Shown here piece after piece: positions 1-12,700 of a stretch of DNA of 64,000 bases. The translations under genes were made by a program, and so were the position numbers. Every line of letters starts with the position of its first letter. Position 1 is the first letter of the stretch. This DNA comes from Yuukianura sp. NJ FZ-2021 (lineage: Eukaryota), in assembly GCA_046563655.1 (NCBI GenBank), contig CM102290.1, positions 9,114,001-9,178,000 of the forward strand, read 5' to 3'. Under the pieces are notes generated by a model that was given only the letters and a program-made list of their open reading frames with translations, searched no databases and was not told the DNA's origin.

Positions 1-104
1 TTAGCACCATTTAGAAATCGCTTTACATATAACTCTTCAGTTGGGAAGCGTTGAAATTTTATGCTGTTATGAGACTAAACATAGGCTATTACTGCTTAAT
101 GTAC

Positions 105-790
105 CTCCAACTAGGAAGGATCCTCCGGACGATGACGTTTTGACCAAACTGGATTTGCCAGAGAGATGACCCGAGTCAAACCTTGGACGTCCCTTGCCCT
201 TACCCAGTCTTCTGTCTTCCATCTGAAGCAGATAGGCATGAGGATGCTCATCTAAGATTCCTTCGGCTATGATAACATAATTTTCAAAAGTAATTGAAAG
301 CATAATTTAATTAATTAAATACATTCATTAAATATATTTTAATTCCGGTATAGTTAGGTTAGTGCCATTTAAAAACATGTAATTGACTAGACCTGAAAGG
401 CAAAGCGTAACTTTCCCCAAAACTTCGTCCTCCCCGCCTTCACTGTAGTTCCATACAGTGACATCTAGGACTTTCTCTTTCAAATCACTCCCTGTCACGT
501 TTGGATACACTGTATAAACAGTGCCAATTTAAAGCATTTTTTGTTTCAAATATTTAAAAAATTGTTGTAAAACGGATTACCCATAGTTTGATTCCACGCA
601 GGCGTAAACGAGTGCATATGACGTGTTCTTCTCTGATTCTCAACAACTTGTTCAGGCATAATGGAAACGACAACGTAAGGCTCCATTTCCAGGGCAGAAA
701 TGGCGTCAAGGGCTTGTTGCGGCAACTTGGCTTTGATCACTGTGACGTAGAGGACATTGGCCTTGGGGTCATGACAAATTTGAAGCTTAA
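105..790 (-). other. C2 domain-coding exons of the RIM/Piccolo/Fife-like gene
   Basis: GQIKLQICHDPKANVLYVTVIKA...EPYVVVSIMP...RRTRH...PAWNQTM|VYPNVTGSDLKEKVLDVTVWNY...VLGKVTLCLS|AEGILDEHPHAYLL follows the C2A pattern of RIM/Piccolo. Confidence 0.85.
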
Positions 791-3700
791 TTTGACCTTT
801 GGTAAACTTAGCTCCTTTGCGTCTAGTATTTACTGGTCTACTTCCGGGCATTGAAGTAGATCGAAGTCTTTGTTTCCAGGACAGTCCAGGAGATTGAAAA
901 ATGTCACTGCTTTGGAAATGGTCAATGGCAGTGACTTCTGGTAAAGATTGTCGATTAATAGAAATTGTTCCAGTAGAAGTATTTGTGGCCTCGGTGGAGG
1001 TGGACGGCGAGTCAGGAGGGTCATAGCCCACTTCACGAAAGTGTTTCCGTTTCAGAGTCTCTAAAACCAAAAGGCTTCACTAATTATTTCGATTTGGATG
1101 ACGAATTCAGACGTTACGTTCATGTTGAAATCTGTTCCAAATAATTTGGTTTAAATAGCGGTGAGCACCTTCACTCCCATCGTCGTGACTTTTTGAAATC
1201 ATGTCAGTTGAGGGTCCAGTGGAGTTTTTCGGACTCATTCGATTTTTAACCGAACCAAGTCGATCTCCTGTTCGAAGTGATTCCGGCCGAATATTAATAT
1301 TCCCATCAGAATCACGAGAACTTTCATACCCAGCGAAGTCTCGACCAGTCACTCGAGCTTTTCCAGTGATGATGTTGTAGTTACTAGAAAATCAAAAAAA
1401 AAATGTGCAAAATCCGATAATTTTATTATTATCACTAATAAGAATAGTAAGGCCTCCCACACAACAAAGCGTGGACATAGGCATTACGGAATTTCAATTT
1501 CCAGTTTCGAAGTTTTTTGGACACGAAAAATGAGAGCGCAGATCACTTCCAGTCATGTTTAAGAAAATGTTTGTGCAATTTCGTACCATCGTAGCACCAA
1601 TTCCACTTCACCCTCTGGATTTCCAATGATCGTTTGTACTTCCTCAAACGTTTTATTGTCTAAAGTAATTCCGTTCCATTCCAGAACTACGTCTCCTACA
1701 AAAATAAAATAACGACTTTGTATTGTATGCAACTAGTAAAACTGCAAAAGTAGTCTGAATAGTTTCAAATAAAAATTGAAATAAAATGGATGGACGCATT
1801 TTTTTTTTTGAATTTTGTACTTTCTTTTTTACTTTGAAGAATTTGACCCTTACTAGGATGTAAGCCTAAGAAACTTTCAAACATGACACACCTTCTTTAA
1901 CATCACCCAAAATTTCCGGGCCTCCGTAAACCTTGGCGACATAGGCAGCAACTCGCCCTCCAGAAAACGGAAGTTCCTTGCCACCAACTATTTTAAGACC
2001 AAGACTACTTGCATTCGACGAAATGTCTTTTGGATCCTTTGTTAGCAAAATCCGCTTTGTGTCAAATGGGTATTTGCAAAAAGACGAAACGGCCGATGAC
2101 GGTCTGCGACCTGGAGAGTCCGTTTCCTTCTTCACGGGTGACTCAATTGCCGACGACAAAGATGGAACCGAACCAGGTTGAGCAGCAGTGCTCTAAGTGA
2201 CAGAGATGATATGCGCCTTCAAAGCAATGTCACTAATGTCTACGTTTTAGGGGTCCTTGGAATATGCCTTACTTTGCCTTCAAGGTCAATGACTTTGTCC
2301 ATGTTTAGTGTTGGGCTCACGTTGGACATTATGACTTCAGGAACTGAGTCGTCTCGCGTCGGGGAATCGAGTCCCTCTGGCTTAAGGCTCTGTCTGGAAT
2401 GGCGACGTGGTCGCTCTCGTTCTGAAAGTCAAATGGGAAGACACATGCCAGTTGACCAAAATAGTTCTTGGGAAAGTCATTGACTATGGTCGGCATGACA
2501 CACGTAGGATGTGGAACTATTTAATGTCCTCATGCCGACAATTAAAGGAAGCACGGACGCTGGCAGTTTCAGTGGGTCCTGACTAAGTCATACGTTTAGA
2601 CGGTGGAGCTCGATGTGGAGCTTGAGAATTTAAAAGAATAGAGAACAATTTGCAACGCATGACAATGAAGATGCAAGAGAAAGAAATATATAGAGGTGAG
2701 GGAAGTATTGGGCAAGCGTGTAGTAGCAAGAGAGAATGAAAAGAGACAACAATGGACGATATAACGACGTGGAAGGAGCAGCGCAAACGCAATTCCGCAC
2801 ACTCTGACGAATGTCTCTTTAATTTTTACTTGAAATGTTTTTCCACCAATAATTTTTAGGCTCAAATTTCTTAATGTGATCATAAGTCAGAATCAGGTTC
2901 TTCAAATACTCTTCTTATTCATTAGTTCGCCTTAGCAGTTAAGGTAGCAATAAGTCAGTAGTAACCACTAAACATGCAAATCCCCACCCAAAGCTTAATT
3001 AAGACTTTCATCAATGAATAACAACGAGTTAGATAGACATTTCCAATAGAGTTGCTCCGCTTCCAAGGAGGAAGAGTTTTGCGTAGGTTAGTCATATCAT
3101 AGAGAGTTAACCTTTAGTTACAATTGTAAGTTTAAGTAAAAGTTACACAAGTTGTTGCTAGGAGACGAGAGAAACATTTTAGTAACAATGTGAAGAGGGT
3201 TTCTCTTCATAATTTAGTTAAATATTTAACAAACCATTAACTTAGCAGCACACAGGCACACACTCCTCTTTCTCCCTCCGTCGTCTGAACATGCGACATT
3301 AGTTTGCAGAATGGATACTCGTCGAGGCGGCACCTTTTCCGTTTTTTAAATGCAACAAGTTTCTTTGCGAAAACGAACAAAATAAAAAAATAGAAGTTCA
3401 AATTCAAGATAGAAATGGTTGCAAATTAGGACAAAAGAGAGAGAAAGTTTGTTGTACTAGGTGAATAATTAGGGATTGCGTAAAGTTTAGCAAGAGACAG
3501 AAACGGAAGAAAATCGGTTTCATAAACGCAGAAATTTTATAGACGTGAAAAGTGAAAAAAATGCGGAAAGATCAAAACAATAAATTTTGAAAATAAATTA
3601 AACAACCGATTCTTGGAGTTCAAAAAAATATGAAAGTAGATTGATTTTGCTAGTAACGCCAACGATCCGATTCGTACTGGGCTCCGGGTTCCGCGTCTTG

Positions 3701-6700
3701 ATGATCCAGAAATCCTCCGAATTTCCAAATCTTAAGTTTACTACTATAATCTTATTAGCTAAGATGTTATATACCTAACTACAAGTGAATGGGATGAATT
3801 CTAAGGCAACTACAATTCTAGAACTCTACCAAGGGGCCTCACTACGAACATTGTCACGGCTAACTTACCCTTGAACCTATCAATTCTTCCGGCACCGTCA
3901 ATTTCTTCCAAACTAGGTCCAGACACTCCTCCCGCCCGTTTGCTAGCTACCGTTTTGGAAAATTTCCCTAATTTTCTCGAACAACTTGTATTGAAATTTG
4001 AACACAAAAGAAGTAAACAGTAAGAAGAAGAATAACAAAAGTTAAGGAAATGAGTAGGTAAAAAAGCTACAATAAGGCACAAAATGATTCTGTACGCATT
4101 TGAAGTTTAAGCGCCGCCGCCACTGACTTGTTAAATTTGTTCAAGAATTGGAGATTTACGGGGAGGTCTGGAACTAGTTTTTGAGTCTCTTTTTTTTTGT
4201 TTAAAATTCTAAGAAATTCTACGATTGAGACAATATCAGAGTCATTACGGAGTGGGAAGGATGGCTAACAAGGGACACTAGAAGAGAGAGAAGACAACTG
4301 GGAGTAGATGACAAAGATTGTAAACAATTTAACAAGGTCAAAGAGCAACTAGGATATGCATGAAAAAGGGAATTCGGAAAGCGGGTTCGTTCCTTATGAA
4401 CTTTGACCCGGAAATGTAACATGTAGTCCTCCCCATCAAAGTTAAATGGGGTGGGGTGAAGGAAAAGACAGACAATGGAGGACACCGAGAGACACGAGAA
4501 GTAAAGTGTGTGCATGACTCAGTGCTGGTCACCTTAGGTCATGTCGTTCCAAGACAAGATTCCAGACAGAGTCACTGTGTGGTGGAATTAAATGCGTTTT
4601 AAGAAGGAGAAAGCAGCGCAGTATTTATAGTCATTCAGAGACAGAATGGAAGAAAGAGAGTCAGTGCACCACTCAATCCGCAACAGTGTTTCGTGCTTTT
4701 TGAGTAATAAAGTCCTAAGTAAGGTAATAGATAGTTAACAACAGACATTCCACAACATGACGCTTTTGTGTCATTCCATGCCCCTTTGAACTTTGAACTC
4801 GAATTGTCACAGCACATTACGGTAGGAAGTGGTTAGGCCTTGGCTGCTTGTCACATCATACTTGCCTTTCATCGTTCCGCTTCCACCGTAGCCAACCATC
4901 ATTTCGCTGCGGTGAAGGTCTTCCAGAAGCCGGCGGGATCTGGTGGGCATGTCTTCCAATAGAGGCATCGCTGCCATGGTACTCAAGTCCCCTCCCTGCT
5001 CACTCTCTGCCATAGGCGACATTTCATCCAATTTTTCATACAACAGGGAGGTGTAGTCGTCGCTCCTGAAGGTACTCGCGATCAGCTCTATGCTTTTGTC
5101 TTCTTCGCTAGCACATGGACTGATGACGACGGTTGAGGATCCTGCCATGCGCTGCGATGTGCGTCCACCGTAAGACGAAGGGACCATGTCATGGTAGGCA
5201 TATTGGTCACGCAGAAGCTGATCCACACTTTTTAGCACGCTGTGTTTCTCAGCTTCTGGACCTTCCCGAAGCCGAGTTATTCGAACGAGGTCTGAATGAA
5301 GACCGGCTCTTTCCTGAAGTTGCTGGCGACGTCGTGCAATTTCGGCTTTGATTCGCTGCTTCTTTTCTTCTCGGCTTAAGTCTTCTTCTTCTTCTTCTTC
5401 ACTTACATAGGGCGAAGGATTCCATGATCTTGACTTTCGATGTTTTCGGAGATGATGTCGCCTGTGATGGTGGTGGTGGGATGTGGCAGGGCGACCACTG
5501 GACAAAAGTGGCCATGACTCTCCGTCGCTGTTTCTTCTCGGAAGGTAGCGGGAACTCTGTAGCCTTATGTCCTCATTGTCGTCCCTTCCAGGGCCCATGT
5601 TGTTGATAGCCGTTTCTCTGAGGACACCTCCAGCTCCGGCGGCGGCCCAGGAAGATGCAAGGTAGGATTGAGAGTGATCCCAGTCTCCGCCAAGGACATC
5701 GTCCAGGGACCCATACGTATTGTAGGACTTGTACTTTAGTATTCCCGGACCCTTGAAAGCCAAAGGAAAATGGAGCATTAGAGTTTTACAATGCATTTGG
5801 AGAAAGCAAATTTGCCACCACCTGCCTCTCCTTTGGAAAGTGAATCAGAAATAAAGTTTAGCAGATTACAAAGCTTGCAATTCACTGTCTGAAACTAAAC
5901 TAACTCAAAGTTTCATAATGCAAAATGACATAGCACATCACTCTAAGCATTATATTTCAAAGCAAATTAGTGTTCCAAAAAAGTTTAAAAATTATTAACT
6001 TTTGAACAAAAAAAGAAAGTTAACAATCGAGTTTATAAAAAGGAGTTCATCATAATACAACATTACTTTTTAATGACTGCGAGAATTACAGTTGAAAAAA
6101 AATTGCTCACGATTCCAAACTAATTACGAAAAATTTCTTGAAATTCAAAATAACTAAAAATTTTCAACTAAAAAATAACAACTCTCTTCGCACTTTCCTC
6201 CCATCCAATTAAAATTGTGAACAGCAAATAGAGTCGAGTTGGTTAGTTTGCCTTAGAAAAGTTACAAATGTCGGCAGAGCGAAAAGCGATTGAATTTGAA
6301 AAAAAAAGCAGGGAAATGTACATCAATTGGAAAAAGTTTTGCAACTTTTAATTTTGAATCGACTCAAGGTTGCATCATGCCAATAGTATGCTAAACTTTA
6401 AAATTCAGTTTGGCCTAGACGTTATAATTCAAATAGAAAACCGAAGGGAGATGCGAAGCAGAGGCGGAACTTTTCAGTCAACTTCAACTTGGCAATGTGT
6501 CTGGCCAGCAGCAGTTGAGGGTTGGGCATGAATTAGATGCAAAGGTAACATGCGTGACGTTGTGATTGGACTGGAAGGAATGTGAGGATTTACTTTGACT
6601 TGATCATAGAGAGGCAGGTATGGTGAAAGTGAAAAAGAGGGCACAGACAACACAGATACAAACACAGGAGGAGTTCATACTCGATCGAAATCTTGTAGTT

Positions 6701-9700
6701 CACCATCTTCTTCTATTGGCGAAAAAGGAAGGGAGAGCTTGGGATCAGACAACTGACGCTGGTGACCTTTCAGCTTCCGACTCATCAGAGGACTCGCTCC
6801 GGCCGACCTCGAAAGGCCCACAGTCCGAGACGACTCCGCTCTGCATTCACCAACCCACCACAGTATATTAGACAACTTTGATCGCCGTTGGACTCCTCCG
6901 TCCAACACAGTTTTAGGTGTGCCATGTGCTGTGAGTGTGTGCCTGTGCCACTTGTCTCAACACTACGCCACTACGCCACGGCCAGTCAGTTCTGATACCT
7001 GGATTGGAAGCTATCGGATCCGGACCGCCCAGTCACGGCGTCCACACGGGCCCCCAGCTCACGGTCACGCTCTCGTAGAGCTTCTAAGCGTCGTCGCTCC
7101 TCCGTCAGCAACTGTCTCCTCTCCTCCTGCAGTTGCTCTCGAATGGCCTTCATGAACGTGGGGAGTTGCGTACTGGCGGGAAGGGTGGAGTCACCTAGGC
7201 CGGAGGCGATGCTCGATAAGTCACGCAGCTCCGGATCCTTGTTCAGGAGATGGCGGAGGTCGGGAGGAAGGCAGGCAGCGAGTTCTGCCATATTGGAGGA
7301 CCAGTTGTCCGTATTATAAGTGGAGTAGAGGCCTGATGTCGTCGTTGGAAAGTCTCCGACATTTGACGGAAGCCCAGATGTAGTGCTACGCAGTCGTGAG
7401 CTTGGAAAGACGGAACTCGTAGAGAATAGGTTACCGCAGAGTGGGTACACACTGTCCATTTTCCCACTAATACTGCTAACGACGCTTGAACCTTCAAAAA
7501 AAAAAGTTACACATTAACAAATTTTAACATTCTCCAAAGTTAGCAAGTAGTATTTGAAAACAAAATTAAATAAAATTGCAATTACAATTGAAATCAAAGT
7601 AAGAATTAAATTGATATGCTCTTTGAGTTATAAAATGACAGAAACGACATTATTATGGGGAACACCATAGAGGACAAAGGCATGCGCAATCTCTCACTAT
7701 AAACTAAATATCGTGTGTTCGAAAAGTCCGTTCTATCTTTTTCTCCCGGTGCAATTTCTCCATCTGATCTCTCATTTCCCACCAATGAGTTTCTGGAGCT
7801 ATGAGTCTTGTGCAGTGAAAGATGAAACGGAGTTTTGGAACACACGATAGTTCGCTATGCAACGCACGTAAAAAGTTACTTATTGACGTAAAGAATTTTC
7901 TAGAAGTCTAAACTATTTTATTTTAATTGATTACCTTGGAGTAGACCTAGAGCAGAGCCGGGGCGAGGGGTATGATCTGGAGCGACCATGGAAACCATTT
8001 TTCTAAGGTTGCTTTCACTGGCGCTTGGGCGTGAAAGTCCCAGTGAACCAAGTGGATAGGACTTGACACTACTCGTGTCAAAAGAAGTTCGAACCGGAGA
8101 GAGAGATCTGAAAGAGCGAAGTTCATTGTAAAATCCCAATTTTAAAATTAGGAATGAAGGTATGTATGACATGCCTAAATTCCATGGCGCGTTCCCTGTC
8201 TCTTTTTTTCGTAGAAGGCAAAGGCGCAGCCTCTTGGTCTGGAGGTAGGCAAGGTAACTTTCGGCGCATGCGCAGGGACTTCTGGGAGTCCGTCTCACTC
8301 ATTGTGTCCGATGAGTCTCCAGCATCTCGACCACTTCTCGGGGTTCCAACTGGAGTGCCCAGAGGTGTCACTGAAATGATTACAATTGTCTTAGAAACTG
8401 TTTTTCTGTGACAAAGTGTACAAAGTAATTTCGCAGGGTAGGCTTACCGGCCAAAGGCTGTTGGAGAAGGGAGCTTGTGAGAATGGTTGGACCACCTCCT
8501 ATGAACGTACCCAGACTAGTGACGACCGCTGGCGTAAGAGCACCAATGGTCATTCCCCCAGGTCCGACCGCCAGGCTTTGACCTGGAACCAACACCGTTC
8601 CACTTCCATCTCTGCGCATGTCTCCGATTCCAGTCAAATGGGCCCTTCGGCTCGTTTTCTTCAAGTGTTGAGCTTGATGCTGGAGTGCCATTTGCTGCTG
8701 GTACATCTGCGCCTGTGCAGGGCTCAAAGCCCCCACTCCCAATGACTGAGCCTGTTGCTGGGTCATCATTCCAGCCTGGGTGAGCACTTGTGGCTGGAAG
8801 GCATACTGCTGTTGTTGCTGGACGTTGGCTGTAGGGGAATGGATGCCTAAAGGAAAACGGGTCGGCACGACCGTTCCAAACTGATTGACAAGCTGTGGAG
8901 AGGAAGTTGATTGATTCTGAAACGGATATTGCTGTTGGAGACTGGACTGGGTTCTGTTTTGTGCCGGGATGTTGTACATTTGATTCAAGTCTTGGATGGG
9001 AGCAAAGGCCGATGACTGTGCTACTTGTGGTAATTGCTGGTGCGTTTGGGCAGAGGAGTAAAACGGTGCCTGCTGGTAGCCTTGGCTGAGGCCAGTACTT
9101 CCCTGAGGCTGAAAGTACTGTTCGTATGGAGACAGCGATGGCTCTGGAGCAGTCATCCCACTAGAAAACAGCTCTCCTTTGTCTTCGGATGGTGAAGGTC
9201 TAGGTGACGTGCTACCCAGGCCTGAAACCAAAAATTCAGAATAAGTGTAGAAATTAAGTTGATTTGGATTTACCAATGGATTTCTTTAAAAAATTTGTGT
9301 ACGTTCTTACCCAAGGCTCTACTAAAATCGGCCAACAGCCCACTGATTGATTTGTTTGCTCCTGGGGCTCCTTGTGGAGCCGCTAGCTGACTAGCGGAAT
9401 TAACATGTAACCCCGTCGGCCCAATTTGTTGTCCATGCTGCTGCTGTTGGCCTTGCTGGAGTTGCTGCTGTAGCTGAAGATGCTGTGGATTCTGCTGGTA
9501 TTGAAGTTGTTGTTGTGGTAAATTTTGTTGCTGACTACTCTGCTGCTGTTGGAAATGGGAAGTGGTAAGATTTGAACTTTGGACATTTATATCTTGTCCC
9601 AGTGGTTGTCCTTGCCCTGGCCACTGCTCCGCCCCGTAATTCGGCATCTCACTTATGGGTCCGCCCATTCCGGGGATCTGTTGCTGTTGCTGCACTTGGG

Positions 9701-12700
9701 ATGCAGTTGGAGGTTGTGTCTGTTGCTGCTGATATTGTAATTGCTGCTGCAGGAATGCCTGTTGTTGCTGAAGCTGTTGTTGTTGTTGGAGTTGGAGTGG
9801 TTGGTTCTGCTGCTGGGCTTGAGATGCTTGGAAGCTGGATTGATACTGTTGAGGATCCTGTTGTTGTTGTATCTGTTGTTGCGGTTGTTGATACTGAGAA
9901 GGTTGCTGTTGTGGGGAGAATTGCTGTTGCTGAACAATGTTTTGAGGAATGTTTTGCTGCGGAAGTGCTTGACTTTGTTGTGGAAGTAGGCTGGAATGAA
10001 TTCCTGAAGAAGTGGAACTTCCTTGTGGCTGATATGATTGAAATTGTGATGGCAGTCCGGCCAGTGATGAATCCTGGGACATGCCTTGTTGCTGTAACGT
10101 TGGACCCGTCAGAGCCTGCTGACCTTGACTCCCTACGTTTGTAGTGCTATTCCATTGGTTCATGGCTTCGGGTGGTTTCTGTTGAGTCACCAAGCTCTGC
10201 ATCTGTCCCATCTAAACACAGTGTAGGACTTTAATTAGTTTCATTGCTGTTTTGTATAAGGTATACTTTCTCCATTGCGTAAGTAAATTACTTAAATGGG
10301 GGGAGATCGACAGCAAAAACATTTGACAAAATCTGCAACGAAAATTTGCTGCATCGACTTAATTTTTTAAAACAACTGAAACGTCGTTACAGAAAAAAAA
10401 GTCAATGCAAAAAATTTAAAAAAAAGTCGACTTACGTTAGAAAAAAAAAGTAGTTAGGCTGAAATGCTGAAAAAAGTGTCGACTTTTTTTTTGCATTGAC
10501 TTTTTCTTTCTACAACGACTTTTCAGTTGCTTTAAAAGATTAATAAACCGACGTAACAAATGTTTTTTGTTCCAGATTTTTAAAATAATGTTTTTGCTGA
10601 CGATCTCCCTTCATATACATACGTTGACCAAATTCTATTACAAAAAAAAATTTGAATTTTCTTTTTTTAAAATAATTGTCAACCTGTTGTTGTTGGACTG
10701 GCTGTTGCTGAATTCCGGAACCTGCGACCGCTTGTGCTTGTTGAAATTGGTTGGCTGCGTACGCCTGTTGAGGCATCTGTGGCTGCTCATAGTGTTCTTG
10801 TTGATGCTGTTGCATTTGTTGTTGGTACAAGGAATCCGTGTGTTGTTGCTGCTGCTGGGCCACAATTGCAGCAGCATCAAGTTGGCTCTGCGCATGAGCA
10901 TTCATCGTATTATAGGTGGTGCCGTGAATATCCATTTGCGTCGGAATTTTGTCCCCTGTCTGATGATTAGACATGGGCAAGGAACTTGACACGACTCTAT
11001 TGTCCAGCGATCTCTGCGGTCTCAGCTGAGGTCTCGTTCCTCCCTGCCGATGTTCTGGAGGCAACATTTGCCCTGGAAGACATTCTTGACCCATCATACG
11101 TCTACGCGGACTCCCGAGGTCGTGCCCTTGGAACCCTAGAGCAGAGTGAAAGGTTAAACGAAAGCCCAAACCTTCAATGACGAGAACAAAGGATACGGGA
11201 AGAAATTGGATCGCAGTAACCCGCAGCATCTACCATTTCGTCTCTGGCTCACAACGACCTTGGCCACCCCACTGGGCTTAGGCTCAGTTTCTGTAGAGTC
11301 CTTGGAATATATGAAATTGTGCATTAACTGTCAGAGGAGGGGAGGAACAAAGATCGTTGAGGAAGTGTGAATGACGGAGGTACTTTTTAAAAGTGAGGCG
11401 CTAAGGGAATTTGCAAAGCCTTCAACAAGCAACATTTCGTCCCTTAATTAACTTTGCACTTTTGGAATTAAGCAGGGTAATTGCAACTCAAAGTGCCGCG
11501 TGGGTACTCTTGCGAAGCTGCCTGTTCGTGTAACTAGCACTCTGACCTGAGACTTTGCACACAGAAATGAAAGAAGGGGTGGGCAGTAAAGAGGCTCCTT
11601 TAGCCCTCCAATTTGAGTCTGATTGGATTAAATTTAGTGTTTGTAGAAATGTGGGACAAGTGGGTTTGGTGGGGCGATGGTGGTGGGGCAGTGGTAACTG
11701 GGTGAAAGCGCTCATGGGCTTTTTCCAGGAGCACTTTGAAGAAGCGAGTTAGACAAGTAGTTAGAACAGGCGGAAAGATCAAAGGACACGAGCAGAACAA
11801 AGTGCCTGGGATGAGTTTCCATTTCTCCTGGCCCACAACCCAAATACCAGAGTTTTTCCGCCGGGAATTTCAAAAGTAGGCACAACAAAGGTAATCCACT
11901 ACACTAAGAAAGAATTCATGCAATGGAGGTCATCAACGATAAAGACTACGCGCTGAAGCTACCTTAAGTCAAAATGAAAGTATCTTATTTGTGGTACTTT
12001 TCTGCAAGAATATTCCGTTCAAATGCTCACATCATTCCCATCATCCACAAGCAGAGGTTTGCTCCGCCTCGTTTGTTAAAACAAAACTAGAAAGAGTAAA
12101 AGTACGAGTATAGTTTGTACAAGGGTGAAAGTTAGAAAATACGGGCATGCAATGCAGCTCACAAGAAGCAACATTTGGAGAAGTAGTAAGTGGACAGACG
12201 ACAAAAAAGTGTTGGAAAGGAGGAAAAGGGCAAAGGTCAAGTTGAGTTAGTTTTGTTAGGTCACCCAGGCTCTACTGAGGACTTTCTTTTGAGTAGTAGT
12301 TAAGTATAGTATTCACTTTCCTGGAGCTTGCATGGTTACTGAGGAAAGCTTTTTGTTCCTGGAGGTGGCACAGATCTGTGTGAGAGAGTCAGAGATGGAA
12401 GAGTGTGGGGGAGGAGCTCAGAATCTCTGCAGAGGCGACATAGAACCCGGTAGTTGTCACCTCTGCCAAAAAAATAAGAATTGGCACGTCACTCGGTTTT
12501 TTCGTTCTTTTTTCTTTTAAAGAAAACCCAGCATGCTTGATCGGCTGGAAAAACTCTGGAAAATCCGAAATTGAGACTCAGGGGCCGAGCAGGACGGAAA
12601 CGGAGACCACCTCCGCCGCCACCTTTCTCCATCTTCCGGAAACAAGAGCACAGTCATCGTTGCCATTAACATTCCACTGTGCTCTAGTAATTCCGTTTCA

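Noticed and set aside
9572..10989. Long plus-strand Leu/Val/Ala-rich ORFs (9572-10144, 9741-9989, 10567-10989)
   Set aside because: They are antisense shadows of CAG/CAA poly-Gln exons.
11136..11196. U12-type donor GTATCCTTT on the minus strand with a loose branch site
   Set aside because: It is phase-compatible only with a short ATG-initiated frame that has no other support. The same 9-mer also occurs at about 31728 and 41309 in non-splice contexts, so chance is likely.
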